The position numbers and the translations under genes are program-made. Below are positions 1 to 11,300 of a DNA stretch of 64,000 bases, in pieces. This stretch comes from Myxococcota bacterium (GTDB lineage: Bacteria; Myxococcota_A; SURF-8). Where the stretch lies: contig OZ223209.1 of the NCBI GenBank assembly GCA_965140415.1, positions 2,336,001 to 2,400,000 of the forward strand, in the 5' to 3' direction. Position 1 is the stretch's first letter. Every line of letters begins with the position of its first letter. The notes beneath the pieces were generated by a model. That model did not search any database. It was not told the origin of the DNA and saw only the letters and a list, made by a program, of their open reading frames with translations.

Positions 1-719
1 CCGGCTTCTTCCAATATGCGCCGTGCTTGTGCTACGGTAAACACGCCTTCCTCACAGAATACGTCACAAAACTTCGCGAGGTTTTCCGATGCAACACGAG
101 GTAGCATGCCGTTGACGATCAGATCGACGTAGTCCTCACGACGGTCTTTGTATTCCGGGGGGAACTCGTGCGCCCCGAGAAAGGTCGCAACCAGATCGAC
201 TGAATGCGTTTCGTTCAGTTTACGAATGACGCGCAGCTGTTTCAATTCGCTTTCCGTATCCAACCCATACCCGCTTTTCGCTTCGATGGTCGTAACACCC
301 CAGCGCAGAAATTCGTCCAGCCAGTGCATGGAACGCGTGGCAAGCTGTTCTTCACTCGCTTCGCGTGTGGCGCGTACGGTGGCGTTGATACCTCCGCCCT
401 GTTGTGCGATTTCCATATAGGGAACTCCGGCGATGCGCTGGGCGAACTCTTGTTCGCGGGTACCGCCGAATACCGGGTGCGTGTGGGAGTCGATCAATCC
501 TGCAATGGCACTGGCTCCACGCGCCGAAATGATTTTCCTTGCCGTTTCCTGTGCTTGTGGGGGGAGCTCGCTCTGCTTACCTACAAAACAAAAATCCGTT
601 CCCCGGATGCCGATGGCCCCATCGGTGATGCGACCCAATACATCCTGTGCGTTTTCTCGTTTCGGATCGCAGGTGACGATTTCTCCGATGTCAACGATAA
701 GCATATCAAAGGGTTGCAT
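1..719 (-). CDS. hutI: Imidazolonepropionase, 5' part (runs off the window start; not in the ORF track)
   Basis: Manual translation from ATG at 719 (GGAG upstream): MQPFDMLIVDIGEIVT...GLIDSHTHPVFGG...GGGINATVRATR...GVTTIEAKSGYGL...TFLGAH...FCDVFCEEGVF, which are HutI motifs. Directly downstream of hutU. Confidence 0.95.
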   Translation of the reverse strand, partial: MQPFDMLIVDIGEIVTCDPKRENAQDVLGRITDGAIGIRGTDFCFVGKQSELPPQAQETARKIISARGASAIAGLIDSHTHPVFGGTREQEFAQRIAGVPYMEIAQQGGGINATVRATREASEEQLATRSMHWLDEFLRWGVTTIEAKSGYGLDTESELKQLRVIRKLNETHSVDLVATFLGAHEFPPEYKDRREDYVDLIVNGMLPRVASENLAKFCDVFCEEGVFTVAQARRILEEA

Positions 720-742
720 GTGCACTCTCCTGCCAAGCAGAA

Positions 743-765
743 GGGGGACCAGGTTGTGGTCCCCC
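743..765 (-). terminator. GC-rich hairpin between hutU and hutI (weak terminator or mRNA stabiliser)
   Basis: Perfect 9-bp stem GGGGGACCA/TGGTCCCCC with a 5-nt loop; only a short T tract on the minus strand. Confidence 0.4.
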
Positions 766-795
766 GATGGGAAATCATGAAATGGATTTATCGCC

Positions 796-2451
796 CTACC
801 AGGTAATGCGCGGGATCTTTACTCCACGTTCTTTGGCGACTTCTACCGCGCGTTCGTAGCCTGCATCGGCGTGTCGGATGATGCCGGTGGCCGGGTCGCC
901 GGTCAGTACGCGCTGCAAACGCTGCTCGGCCTCGGGGGTGCCGTCTGCAACGATAACCACGCCTGCGTGCAGTGAATAGCCGATGCCGGTGCCGCCTCCG
1001 TGATGGTAGCTGACCCAACTCGCGCCGTTGACGGCATTACTCAGCAGGTTTAACACCGGCCAGTCCGCCACCGTGTCCGAGCCGTCTTTCATGCCTTCCG
1101 TTTCGCGATTGGGTGAGGCGACCGAGCCGGAATCCAAATGATCGCGCCCAATGACGATGGGTGCCTTAACTCGTCCGCTTTTCACCAGATCGTTGAACAG
1201 CTTACCCGCTTTGGCGCGTTCTCCGTATCCAAGCCAGCAAATACGCGAGGGCAGCCCCTGGAAGTGTACTCGTTCCTTGGCCATTTTGAGCCAGCGGTGC
1301 AGGCTCTTATCTTCCGGGAAGAGCTTCATCAGTTCTTCATCGGTGGTGTAGATGTCCTCCGGGTCGCCGGAGAGCGCCACCCAACGGAAAGGGCCTTTGC
1401 CTTCGCAGAACAGTTCGCGAATGTAGGCTGGTACGAAGCCGGGGAAATCAAAGGCATTCTCCACGCCGCCTTCCAGTGCGACCTGCCGGATGTTGTTTCC
1501 ATAATCGAAAGTGACGGCGCCCGCTTTCATTAAGTCCAGCATCGCCAGAACGTGGCGGATGACGGATTGCTTGGCCAGCTCGGTGTATCGGGCCGGATCC
1601 TGCTTGCGCAGGGTGAGCGCGGCTTCATAGCTCATCTCACCGGGGACATAGCCGTTTAAGAGGTCGTGCGCGCTGGTCTGGTCGGTGAGCACGTCGGGGA
1701 TAAAGCCCTGCTTCACCATTTCCGGCAGAAGGTCCGCCGCATTGCCCAATAGCCCGATGGAATACGCTTCGCCCGCTGCCGCCTTTTCTTTCGCCTTGGC
1801 GATGGCGTCCGGCAGCGAGTCCGTCCACCAGTCGAGATAGTGATGTTCGATGCGCCGCAGGATGCGATCCTTGTCCACTTCTATGCATAAGGCAACGCCC
1901 TCGGCCATCGTAACGGCCAAAGGTTGCGCGCCTCCCATACCACCTAGACCGGCGGTCAAAACGATTTTACCTTTCAGGCTGCTGTTGTAGTGTTGTCGGG
2001 CCAATTCAACGAAGGTTTCGTAGGTGCCCTGCAAAATACCTTGCGTGCCGATGTAGATCCAACTTCCCGCCGTCATCTGCCCGAACATGATCAGGCCCTT
2101 CTTGTCCAACTCCCAGAAGTGGTCCCAGGTGGCCCAATGAGGGACAATATTGGCGTTGGCGATTAGAACACGGGGAGCGTTGGGGTGAGTCTGGATCACG
2201 CCGACCGGCTTACCCGACTGCACGAGCAGGGTCTCGTCGTTTTCCAGTTTGAGCAAAGAATCCAGAATTGCCTGCAAGGCTTCCGGGTTGCGGGCGGCTT
2301 TGCCACAACCGCCGTAAACGATCAGTTCTTCCGGTTTTTCGGCGACTTCGGCGTCCAGGTTGTTTTGAATCATGCGGTAGGCGGCTTCCTGTAGCCAGCC
2401 TTTGCAGTGCAGCATAGTGCCTCGTGGAGCCTTAATGGAAGTAAGGTCCAT
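796..2451 (-). CDS. hutU: Urocanate hydratase
   Basis: 551 aa with [68 protein letters not shown]. Confidence 0.98.
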   Translation of the reverse strand: MDLTSIKAPRGTMLHCKGWLQEAAYRMIQNNLDAEVAEKPEELIVYGGCGKAARNPEALQAILDSLLKLENDETLLVQSGKPVGVIQTHPNAPRVLIANANIVPHWATWDHFWELDKKGLIMFGQMTAGSWIYIGTQGILQGTYETFVELARQHYNSSLKGKIVLTAGLGGMGGAQPLAVTMAEGVALCIEVDKDRILRRIEHHYLDWWTDSLPDAIAKAKEKAAAGEAYSIGLLGNAADLLPEMVKQGFIPDVLTDQTSAHDLLNGYVPGEMSYEAALTLRKQDPARYTELAKQSVIRHVLAMLDLMKAGAVTFDYGNNIRQVALEGGVENAFDFPGFVPAYIRELFCEGKGPFRWVALSGDPEDIYTTDEELMKLFPEDKSLHRWLKMAKERVHFQGLPSRICWLGYGERAKAGKLFNDLVKSGRVKAPIVIGRDHLDSGSVASPNRETEGMKDGSDTVADWPVLNLLSNAVNGASWVSYHHGGGTGIGYSLHAGVVIVADGTPEAEQRLQRVLTGDPATGIIRHADAGYERAVEVAKERGVKIPRITW

Positions 2452-2496
2452 AACATCCTCCTGTAGAAAAAGAGCGAATCGGACGATGAGTTTGGA

Positions 2497-5001
2497 TTAC
2501 AGAATCAAGTCGATGACCAGATCGGTCTGGGGATCGACGACATAGACGATCTCTTCTGAACTGTCTACGATGTACAGGCGCGGGAAGTCAGGATACAGAT
2601 CAAGGAAAACCGCGTCTTCCAACAGCGAGCCGACCGGAGCGCCTTCCACATCCGTGCTGGAAGCTCTGATCACTCCCACTCCGCTGGTGCTTTTAAAATT
2701 GTAATTGTAGGCGCTTGCACGCTTCTCTGCGATGAACGGTGCGTCTTCATCCTGACAGATGCTGAATGAAATCAGATCGTTGGAGAAACTGAGCGGCGCA
2801 TCCGTGCCATCATCCCAGGGATTTTGGCAGCGCATGCCGCTTACGGTCTGTTCGCCGCCGCCAAGCGTCAGGTCTTTTTGGAAGGTATAGATGTCCACAT
2901 CGTCGCCTTCAGCCGTTTCTTCTGTCGCAACGCATACATAGTCCTGCCAGTCGGTCTGTTCGAATTGGAGTTGTTGGAATTGATCCTCTCCGGTAATGAC
3001 GTCCCCCTGCTTGAAAGGTACGTTTACGGCCCGACCTTGATACTCTGTGGGGAAAAGACGAGCCCCTTCCGAGTTTTGCTCGGTCATGTACACCAGGTAG
3101 TTGTCGTTGGCGCGAACGTGGTATTCCACGGCGGATTGGAAGCAGTTGGACAAAGTCAATTCACCCGGATCGAACTCGATGTATTCGCTGGTGACGTTGA
3201 TAATTTCCAGTTCCACCTGATCGACAACGATCAGAATCGGCTGTCCGTCCGCATCGGTACCTTGCTTCACGCAGCCGGTGCGTTCGTCGTTGGCTGCCAT
3301 CGGAGTGGTGTCGATCACCAAAAGATCGCCTTTCAGGCTGGTGGGATCGTCGGGATCGTAATCTGAAGGGCGCACAAGAATATCACTCAATGTAGAGAAA
3401 TCCATTGCGTCGTCGTAGAGTCGGTTCGCGCTGTAATCGAAGCGACCCGAAACGGTCTGGTCGCTGCCATCGATCACGCCGTTATACTGCAACTCCCACA
3501 ATCCATTTGGGGTGCGACCTTTATAGACACGATAATCGATGTCGGCGACGCAGTCGTTTCGATCTTTGGTGAAGTCGTTGCCGCTGATAAACGACAGGTC
3601 CGCCCCGTAGTCCGGGGTAGTGTCGTATAATTCGTGCAGGTCGTTGTACAGGTCGATCACATCGATCAGACCATCATAGCCGATGGAATAAGCGAACAGC
3701 TTTGCTTCTGGATCTTCCTCATCATCAGTGGAGGTGGATTCGCTTGATTCCTGCTCACTGTCTTCGGCGGACTCGGTTTCGCTTTCATCCATGATTCGAG
3801 CGCGCCAGTCCCGCTTTCGCGAGGTGGTTTCCGCATCTTCACTGTCTTCCACCGCTTCTTGATCGTCCTCGAGTTCGCCATCCAATTCGGCTTCTTCGAA
3901 ATCCAGATCGCCATCTTCTACACTGTCGGCCAGTTCGATGTCGCCGTCTACCACTTCGGCGTCTCCATCGACGTCTTCCGGTTCGGTATCCTTGGTCGTT
4001 TTTACAAACACGACCGTGCGTGGTGTGGTCGAAATGGGGATATCGTAGTCGAATTGCTCTGTCGGAGGAGGTGAGTTGCGGTGGCTGGGCAATTCCTCAT
4101 TGGTATCGACATAGCGATCGTTCAGCAGGTCATAGACCGCTAGACGGCGCACGTCCAATTTGGAAAGATAGAGCCAGCGACCATCCGGGCTGATGGAGCA
4201 GTCGCGCTGCGCGGCATACACGTTTCGAGTTTGAGCCGGATATTCAGGATGCGCCAGATCGACGATGTGGAAATAGGTAGCGGACATGTCCGCGATGTAA
4301 AGGTACCGGCCTTCCGGATCAACCGCCATTCCAGCGGGTACAGGGTCAGGAGTTTCCGTGCCTTTAAGATCGACCAGCAGATCCTCCCGCCAGCGTTCTT
4401 CACCATCCTGATCGTACTTGCGTACGCGAGCCAGTTTTCCCAAGTAGGGCAGGGCGGCATAGACATCGCCGATTTCATTCTCGGTTGAAGGGGTAACGGT
4501 CAACCGTGATGGACGAGAGGACAGATCCGCTTTGTATTCCAGCGGGCGAGCCTCTTTGGATTGAATGATAGAGAGTGAGTTCTCGCCTCCATTGGCCACA
4601 AACACTCGTGATTGAGCCTGGTCCACCGACACTTCTACATCGACCGGGAAAGAGCCGACTTGGATGTTGCTGAGAACAAAGGGATTGCCCTTGATATTGG
4701 AATTCTCGATGTCGCCGGTGCACAGGTCGATCCGTGCAACAGAATTGTTGCCGCTGTTGGCGACGAAGGCATAGGGACGCCGATCCAAACCGAGACATTG
4801 TTCCCATAAACCTTCGAATTGATCGTAAAACGCTTCTTCCGCTGCCGTGGCTTCATAAGGAACGACGGCAATGGTCATGGCCGTCGGGCGACTTAAAGTA
4901 GAGACCTGCAAGGTGTTTTCGTCGTTGTCGTCGCAGCCAACAAACTGTAGCGCCATGATCGGAAGTAGCAGCAGGCCGACGTAAAGGGGCAAGCGTCCCA
5001 T
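2497..5001 (-). CDS. Large lipoprotein with YVTN/YncE-like beta-propeller repeats and an acidic linker
   Basis: Start moved to ATG 5001 (MGRLPLYVGLLLLPIMALQFVG-C-DDNDE lipobox). Propeller-like blades (AFVANSGNNSVARIDL, RVFVANGGENSLSII, SISPDGRWLYLS) and a D/E-rich tract containing DGD motifs. Confidence 0.7.
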   Translation of the reverse strand: MGRLPLYVGLLLLPIMALQFVGCDDNDENTLQVSTLSRPTAMTIAVVPYEATAAEEAFYDQFEGLWEQCLGLDRRPYAFVANSGNNSVARIDLCTGDIENSNIKGNPFVLSNIQVGSFPVDVEVSVDQAQSRVFVANGGENSLSIIQSKEARPLEYKADLSSRPSRLTVTPSTENEIGDVYAALPYLGKLARVRKYDQDGEERWREDLLVDLKGTETPDPVPAGMAVDPEGRYLYIADMSATYFHIVDLAHPEYPAQTRNVYAAQRDCSISPDGRWLYLSKLDVRRLAVYDLLNDRYVDTNEELPSHRNSPPPTEQFDYDIPISTTPRTVVFVKTTKDTEPEDVDGDAEVVDGDIELADSVEDGDLDFEEAELDGELEDDQEAVEDSEDAETTSRKRDWRARIMDESETESAEDSEQESSESTSTDDEEDPEAKLFAYSIGYDGLIDVIDLYNDLHELYDTTPDYGADLSFISGNDFTKDRNDCVADIDYRVYKGRTPNGLWELQYNGVIDGSDQTVSGRFDYSANRLYDDAMDFSTLSDILVRPSDYDPDDPTSLKGDLLVIDTTPMAANDERTGCVKQGTDADGQPILIVVDQVELEIINVTSEYIEFDPGELTLSNCFQSAVEYHVRANDNYLVYMTEQNSEGARLFPTEYQGRAVNVPFKQGDVITGEDQFQQLQFEQTDWQDYVCVATEETAEGDDVDIYTFQKDLTLGGGEQTVSGMRCQNPWDDGTDAPLSFSNDLISFSICQDEDAPFIAEKRASAYNYNFKSTSGVGVIRASSTDVEGAPVGSLLEDAVFLDLYPDFPRLYIVDSSEEIVYVVDPQTDLVIDLIL

Positions 5002-5002
5002 T

Positions 5003-6640
5003 TTAGAATTGATCTTGTTCATAAAGTTTGGCTCTGTTTTCGATTTTGCGAACAACGCGGTTGATGAAGTTTCCGTGTTGGTCGAGCAGGTGTACAACGG
5101 CGATTTCGTGCGCCATGAAATTGCTCACCAGAGCAAAAAGCCCGGCTTCGGTTTCATATGTGGTCAGATCGTAAGGGCGCGCATGTTCGCGGAAAATGCC
5201 CGGTTCCTCGATAAAGGCTTCCGGAGCCAGGTCGATGACTTCGATCACCTGGCGCGAAAGGATGTCGATCACGTACAGTTCATCGTTGCCGAATGCCGCA
5301 ACATACAGCGTATCGCCATGGACGACGAGATTAGCCGGTTCCTGCGCCATTTCAATGACATCTAGAATGTCGTTCTTTTCGCAGCTATTGCCGCCATTGA
5401 CGTATTGTTCCGGCTCGCATTCGTTGAACGTCAACTCAGTATCCAGAATCAGGATGCTGGGAACTTCCGTTTCACTTTCACGTACACCGCGTGATGCAAC
5501 GAACAGTTTGCTACCATCGCTGCTAAAACCGAGGCCGCGCAAGTCATAGCCGTCCCCGACATTCAACTGTTCCGTCTGCGCCTGAAAACCGATGCCTTCG
5601 ATGTAGGAAGGACGCAACACGCCCAACACATTGGCGTCACGATGGGTAACATAAACAGTGCCGGAAAGGGGAGAGATCGCGACCTGGTTTCCACCACGAG
5701 AGAACTTTCGTTCGGTGACAAGATGCAGCGGGGCGATGATTTCACAGCGGTAGCCTTCCTCACAACCCAGCCGCTGAATGCATTCGCCCGTTTCCTCATC
5801 TTCAAGAATCTGTGTGCGATTCACTTCGCAGGCTGTGGCGCAGAAGTTACGTTCCGGCGAACGCGGATTGGTCAGGCAGAGGTTATCCAGCTTTTCCGAA
5901 ATGCCACCCCGTCCATCGTCTGCACAGAACACGACTTCCTGCTGGCCGCAGTCGCTATTGGCTTCACATGGGCCGCATAATTCACTGCTGGCCACTGTGG
6001 AGGGGCATTGCAGATTTTCCGGTACGCAGCGCCGGATCAGGCTTCCATCTTCAGCCGATTGTCGGTTCGTTTCATCGGTGAAACGGGCGATTTCATCCTC
6101 AATAATGCTCATTTCGCCATCGGTGATGTGGCTTACGTAGATGTAGCGGTCATTGGCGTCGACAGCGATTCCGAACGGATCTTCGGCCAGTTGAATACTG
6201 GCGCGGGTTTCACGAAGGAAAAAGGGTTTGTCCGCCGGAGGGGCGGAAGCAACCTCTGGGTCGACATCGATTGCCATCAGTACATCCGCCGGCAGGTCAG
6301 GAAAGTCATCCTGTTCCATGAAGGGACCGCGGGCGGTAACATACAAACGAGTCCCGGCGTGATTGAATGCTACCTCGCCACCGAATGAGCCGATAGGCAT
6401 TGTCCAATCCGAGACTATACTATAGGTGGAAAGGTCGATTACCACTACCGATCCATTCTTGTATGCCTGATTGAAGTTGGCGTTGACCACAGCCGCATAT
6501 CGTCCTGCCGGGTGAACGGCGACACCGATTGGGTAGTGGATGATGTCGCTGGGCGCATCGACGCCGGGTTGATCGCTGATACAACCGGTAATTCCAATGG
6601 CCAACAACAGGAAAATTGTCAAAAACGCTCGTATTCTCAT
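5003..6640 (-). CDS. Lipoprotein with YVTN/YncE-like beta-propeller and a Cys-rich insertion
   Basis: Start moved to ATG 6640 (MRIRAFLTIFLLLAIGITG-C). Blades VAVHPAGRYAAVVN, VAFNHAGTRLYVT, PFGIAVDANDRYIYVS, FSSDGSKLFVA; central Cys-rich segment; abuts the next gene. Confidence 0.75.
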   Translation of the reverse strand: MRIRAFLTIFLLLAIGITGCISDQPGVDAPSDIIHYPIGVAVHPAGRYAAVVNANFNQAYKNGSVVVIDLSTYSIVSDWTMPIGSFGGEVAFNHAGTRLYVTARGPFMEQDDFPDLPADVLMAIDVDPEVASAPPADKPFFLRETRASIQLAEDPFGIAVDANDRYIYVSHITDGEMSIIEDEIARFTDETNRQSAEDGSLIRRCVPENLQCPSTVASSELCGPCEANSDCGQQEVVFCADDGRGGISEKLDNLCLTNPRSPERNFCATACEVNRTQILEDEETGECIQRLGCEEGYRCEIIAPLHLVTERKFSRGGNQVAISPLSGTVYVTHRDANVLGVLRPSYIEGIGFQAQTEQLNVGDGYDLRGLGFSSDGSKLFVASRGVRESETEVPSILILDTELTFNECEPEQYVNGGNSCEKNDILDVIEMAQEPANLVVHGDTLYVAAFGNDELYVIDILSRQVIEVIDLAPEAFIEEPGIFREHARPYDLTTYETEAGLFALVSNFMAHEIAVVHLLDQHGNFINRVVRKIENRAKLYEQDQF

Positions 6641-6910
6641 TACTTGCAGCTCTATTCCATAAGCCTTATCTAATTGAGACAAGCTATCTTACCCAATACC
6701 TACTGTCAATTATTTTCCATGCCTTTTCCTGTAAGTAGATCGCACAGGAAGTGGGAGAGCGATTTTGTACCCCTTCTGATTTTATGATTTTCTTCCTGAA
6801 TATGCCTAGAAAAATCAAACGGCTGTTCCCCTGCAAATTTCTTGCGTTCCATTTGTACTGGTTGTAGAGTAACGGATCTTCAGAAGATGGATTTCCAGCA
6901 GGAGTGCGAG

Positions 6911-8218
6911 ATGGGTCACATTGTGAATCCGGATAAAGACTATCTACTTTTACAGCAGCGATTGGATGCGACCGTAACAGGGGCTCCCAACTCTCCAACA
7001 TTTATGAAAATTCTAAAGCTTCTGTTCAGTCCGGAGCATGCCAAGCTGGCAGGACAGTTGCCTCTGGCGCTGAAGTCGATTGGTTCGATCAGTCGGCAGG
7101 TGGGCATTCCCAAGGACGAACTTAGCGGAATGATTACCGACATGGCTCGTCGCGGGCTAGTGATCGATATGGAATTCAAAGGGCGTCGCATGGTTATGCT
7201 GGCTCCTGTGATTATCGGCTTTTTCGAGTTCACCTTCATGCGCACACGCGATGACCTGCCGATGAAGGAACTCTCGGAATTGTTCGAGATTTACATGAAG
7301 CAGGAAAGCGAACTGGCCCATTCGGTATTTCAGGGACAGACCCAGATCGGGCGTTCGCTGGTAAACGAACAGGCGCTTACGGATGGCACCTTTACCGAAA
7401 TCATGGATTGGGAACGAGCCAGCCGCATTCTCGAAGAAGCAACCGTAGCCGCTGTCTCATTGTGTGCCTGTCGGCACCATCATTCCCATCTGGGGGATGC
7501 CTGTGATCGCCCGACACGCACCTGCCTGTCGTTGAACTATGGTGCAGAGCCTTTGATCAGCGCCGGTATTGCCCAGCGCATCAGCAACAAGGAAGCGTTG
7601 CAGGTTCTGGAAGAAGCACGTAAAGCCGGATTGGCGCAGACCGGGGACAATGTTCAGCAGCGCTTGACCTATATGTGCAACTGCTGCGGCTGCTGCTGTG
7701 GAATGATGCAGGCGATCAAGACTTTCAACATCAAGAATGCCATCGTCTCTTCCAACTGGATCATGGAAGTGGATACGGATAAATGCAAGGGCTGTGGTCT
7801 GTGCGTGAAAGCCTGCCCGGTGGATGCAATCGAAATCCGGGAGAAGATCGTAGATGGTAAGAAGAAACGCTGGGCGGTGCGCGATGAGAGCCTGTGTCTG
7901 GGATGCGGTGTGTGCTATACCGCCTGCAAGACCGGCGGCATTACGATGAAGCCGCGCGAAAAACGAGTATTTACTCCGGAATCCGTTTTCGACAAAACAG
8001 TGGCCATGGCTATCGAGCGCGGCAAACTAGCCCCGTTGATCTTCGACAATCCGGAAAAATTCAGCCATCGTGCGATGGCGCGCATTCTGGGAGTGTTGGA
8101 ACGCTCCGCGCCGTATAAAGCCGCCATGGCCATCGAACCATTGAAATCGACCTTCTTGTCCGGAGTCACCAAAGGTGCGAAAGCCATGATGGGCTCGGCA
8201 AGCAAGGATATGAGTTAG
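6911..8218 (+). CDS. Multi-Fe-S protein with a C-terminal 2x[4Fe-4S] ferredoxin domain, function unknown
   Basis: ATG 6911 after AGGAG. Motifs CACR...C...C, CNCCGCCC, CKGCGLCVKACP, CLGCGVCYTAC. Confidence 0.85.
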   Translation: MGHIVNPDKDYLLLQQRLDATVTGAPNSPTFMKILKLLFSPEHAKLAGQLPLALKSIGSISRQVGIPKDELSGMITDMARRGLVIDMEFKGRRMVMLAPVIIGFFEFTFMRTRDDLPMKELSELFEIYMKQESELAHSVFQGQTQIGRSLVNEQALTDGTFTEIMDWERASRILEEATVAAVSLCACRHHHSHLGDACDRPTRTCLSLNYGAEPLISAGIAQRISNKEALQVLEEARKAGLAQTGDNVQQRLTYMCNCCGCCCGMMQAIKTFNIKNAIVSSNWIMEVDTDKCKGCGLCVKACPVDAIEIREKIVDGKKKRWAVRDESLCLGCGVCYTACKTGGITMKPREKRVFTPESVFDKTVAMAIERGKLAPLIFDNPEKFSHRAMARILGVLERSAPYKAAMAIEPLKSTFLSGVTKGAKAMMGSASKDMS

Positions 8219-8335
8219 CGAAATCGTTTTTTACAGCCGCTTCTCGGCTGATCAGACAACCAGAGGGGGGAGTGATCGGTACCCGAACGAAAATCGGAAA
8301 AATGCCGGTTTGCCTGTTGATTTGCTTGAAAAGCA

Positions 8336-8363
8336 TTGACATACCTGCCTGTTTTGTTAAGAT
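8336..8363 (+). promoter_or_regulatory. Candidate sigma70 promoter of ppdK
   Basis: TTGACA-N16-TAAGAT with an extended TGn -10. Confidence 0.55.
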
Positions 8364-8489
8364 GACCTCGCATTGTTCGACTGGATGCAGACTGTGACAA
8401 ACTAAATGCTTTCCACTTTATAAAGGGTCGTGGTCTTCTGCCCGCTTCGGGCGAAATGTATCAAGAAAATTTAGGAGGAGGTCGCTAGT

Positions 8490-11240
8490 ATGACAAAGAT
8501 GGTGTACTCGTTTGGTGATGGCAAGGCCGATGGTCGCGCCGACATGAAGAACCTGTTGGGCGGCAAAGGTGCCAACCTGGCAGAGATGAGCAACCTGGGC
8601 ATTCCGGTTCCGGCTGGTTTCACGATTACAACCGAAGTCTGCACGCACTACTCCAGCACGGGTGGGAAATACCCCAAGGGTCTGGACGCCGCTGTAAGCA
8701 AGGCGCTCAAGCAAATCGAAAAAATCATGGGCGCGAAGTTCGGTGACAAGGAAAATCCCCTGTTGCTGTCCGTGCGCTCGGGTGCGCGTGTCTCCATGCC
8801 GGGCATGATGGACACCGTGCTGAACATCGGTTTGAACGACACGACCATTCAAGGTCTGATCGCGAAAACCGGTGATGAACGTTTCGCCTACGATTCTTAC
8901 CGGCGTTTCGTTCAGATGTACTCCAATGTTGTGATGGGCATGGAAGGCCGCATCCTGGAGGACATCCTTGAGAAAGTGAAAGAGAAAAAGGGTGTGGAGC
9001 TGGATACCGATTTGACCGCCGATGACTGGCGCGTCATGGTTAACGCCTTCAAAAAGGAAGTCAAGAAACACACCAAAACCGCCTTCCCGGAAGATCCGGA
9101 AAAGCAGATGTGGGGCGCGATCGGTGCGGTCTTCGAGAGTTGGGACGTCCCACGCGCGATAACCTATCGCAAGTTGAACGGCATTCCCAGTGATTGGGGC
9201 ACGGCGGTCAACGTCATGGCGATGGTTTTCGGTAACATGGGCGATGACAGCGCTACCGGCGTTGCTTTTACCCGCGATCCCGCCACCGGTGAGAAAGTTT
9301 TCTTCGGTGAATACCTGATCAACGCGCAGGGCGAAGATGTCGTTGCCGGTATTCGTACGCCGCAGCAGGTTACACTGTCCGGTTCAAAGAACTGGGCCAA
9401 GAAAGCCGGCGTGAAAGAAGCGCAGCGTAAAAAAGATTTCCCGTCTCTGGAAGAGGCGATGCCGGTCGTTTACAAGCAACTGGTTCGCATTTACCAGGGC
9501 CTGGAAAAGCATTACCGTGAAATGCAGGACATCGAGTTCACCATCCAGCAGGGCAAACTGTGGATGCTGCAAACTCGTACCGGCAAGCGCACCGCAGCGG
9601 CAGCGGTCAAGATCGCTGTCGACATGGTCAAAGAGAAATTGATCTCCAAGAAAGAAGCGGTTCTGCGTGTCGAGCCCAAGAGCCTGGATCAATTGCTGCA
9701 CCCGACCTTCGATCCCAAGGCCAAAACGGTCACGATCGCTCGCGGTCTGCCGGCTTCCCCTGGCGCGGCTTCGGGGCGCGTCGTCTTTACCGCCGATCAA
9801 GCGGTGGAATGGTCCGAGAAGAAAGAAAAAGTCATCCTGGTGCGTTTGGAAACGTCGCCGGAAGACATTCATGGTATGGATGTCGCCCAGGGCGTTCTGA
9901 CTGCACGTGGTGGTATGACCTCTCACGCTGCCGTCGTGGCGCGCGGCATGGGCAAATGCTGTGTTGCCGGTTGCGGCGAATTGAAGATCGACGAGAAGAA
10001 GAAGACCTTCATCGTTAAGGGCAAGACCTACAAAATGGGTGACTGGATCAGCCTGAACGGCTCCAGCGGTGAAGTGCTGGAAGGTTCCGTGCCGACGGTC
10101 GATCCGTCGCTTTCCGGTTCTTTCGGTATCTTGATGAAATGGGCGGACGAATTCCGTCGTTTGAACGTGCGCACCAACGCGGACACTCCAAAAGATTCTG
10201 CGGTAGCGCGTAACTTCGGAGCGGAAGGTATCGGCCTGACCCGCACCGAGCATATGTTCTTCGAAGGCGATCGCATCGACGCCGTGCGCGAAATGATTCT
10301 GGCCGATGACGAAGCCGGTCGTCGCAAAGCCCTGGAAAAACTGCTGCCCATGCAGCAGGGCGACTTCGAAGGTATTTTCAAGGCCATGAACGGCCTGCCG
10401 GTAACGATTCGCGCCCTGGACCCGCCGTTGCATGAGTTTTTGCCGCACACCAAAAAGGACATCGACGATCTGGCAAAAAAACTGGGTGTGAAGCCCAAGA
10501 CCATCAAGGAGAAGGTCGATAGTCTGCACGAATTCAACCCGATGCTGGGGCATCGTGGTTGCCGTCTGGGTATCGCGTATCCGGAAATCACCGAAATGCA
10601 GGCTCGCGCCATTTTCCGCGCAGCCAAGGCCATGAGCAAGAAGAAGGTCAAGGTGTTGCCGGAAATCATGATCCCGCTGGTGGGACATATCAACGAGTTG
10701 AAACTGCAGGAAGCCATCGTACGTCGCGTGGCCGGTGAAGAACTCAAAGGCACCAAGATCAACTACATGGTTGGAACCATGATCGAGTTGCCGCGTGCCG
10801 CACTGACGGCGGATGAGATTGCCGAGAGCGCCGAATTCTTCAGCTTCGGAACCAACGATCTGACTCAGACCACATTCGGTCTGTCGCGCGACGATGCGGG
10901 TAAATTCCTGCCGTTGTATGTCGATAAAAAAGTGTTGCCGCATGATCCCTTCCAGTCCATCGATCAGACCGGTGTCGGCAAACTGATGCAGATCGGTGTC
11001 GAGTTGGGACGTGGAACGCGCTCCAATCTGAAGATCGGTATCTGCGGCGAGCATGGCGGTGAGCCTGCATCCGTGGAATTCTGCCACAAGATCGGTTTGA
11101 ACTACGTTTCCTGTAGTCCTTACCGCGTACCGATCGCACGTTTGGCGGCGGCGCATGCTGCGCTAAAGGATGGAGCGGCTGCTCCGAAAAAGGCTGCAAA
11201 ACCCAAAGCCAAAGCGAAGGCGAAAGCCAAAAAGAAGTAA
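8490..11240 (+). CDS. ppdK: Pyruvate, phosphate dikinase
   Basis: [34 protein letters not shown] (phospho-His), [28 protein letters not shown]. Confidence 0.98.
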   Translation: MTKMVYSFGDGKADGRADMKNLLGGKGANLAEMSNLGIPVPAGFTITTEVCTHYSSTGGKYPKGLDAAVSKALKQIEKIMGAKFGDKENPLLLSVRSGARVSMPGMMDTVLNIGLNDTTIQGLIAKTGDERFAYDSYRRFVQMYSNVVMGMEGRILEDILEKVKEKKGVELDTDLTADDWRVMVNAFKKEVKKHTKTAFPEDPEKQMWGAIGAVFESWDVPRAITYRKLNGIPSDWGTAVNVMAMVFGNMGDDSATGVAFTRDPATGEKVFFGEYLINAQGEDVVAGIRTPQQVTLSGSKNWAKKAGVKEAQRKKDFPSLEEAMPVVYKQLVRIYQGLEKHYREMQDIEFTIQQGKLWMLQTRTGKRTAAAAVKIAVDMVKEKLISKKEAVLRVEPKSLDQLLHPTFDPKAKTVTIARGLPASPGAASGRVVFTADQAVEWSEKKEKVILVRLETSPEDIHGMDVAQGVLTARGGMTSHAAVVARGMGKCCVAGCGELKIDEKKKTFIVKGKTYKMGDWISLNGSSGEVLEGSVPTVDPSLSGSFGILMKWADEFRRLNVRTNADTPKDSAVARNFGAEGIGLTRTEHMFFEGDRIDAVREMILADDEAGRRKALEKLLPMQQGDFEGIFKAMNGLPVTIRALDPPLHEFLPHTKKDIDDLAKKLGVKPKTIKEKVDSLHEFNPMLGHRGCRLGIAYPEITEMQARAIFRAAKAMSKKKVKVLPEIMIPLVGHINELKLQEAIVRRVAGEELKGTKINYMVGTMIELPRAALTADEIAESAEFFSFGTNDLTQTTFGLSRDDAGKFLPLYVDKKVLPHDPFQSIDQTGVGKLMQIGVELGRGTRSNLKIGICGEHGGEPASVEFCHKIGLNYVSCSPYRVPIARLAAAHAALKDGAAAPKKAAKPKAKAKAKAKKK

Positions 11241-11263
11241 TTCGCGCTGAGGCGAATTAGAGC

Positions 11264-11300
11264 AAAAAGGGCGGATCGGGTTTTTCTCGATCCGCTCTTT
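11264..11300 (+). terminator. Rho-independent terminator after ppdK
   Basis: AAAAAGGGCGGATCGGG-tttt-CTCGATCCGCTCTTT stem-loop with A and T flanks. Confidence 0.75.

Noticed and set aside
9384-11156. 590-aa minus-strand ORF
   Set aside because: Antisense shadow of the strongly codon-biased ppdK gene.
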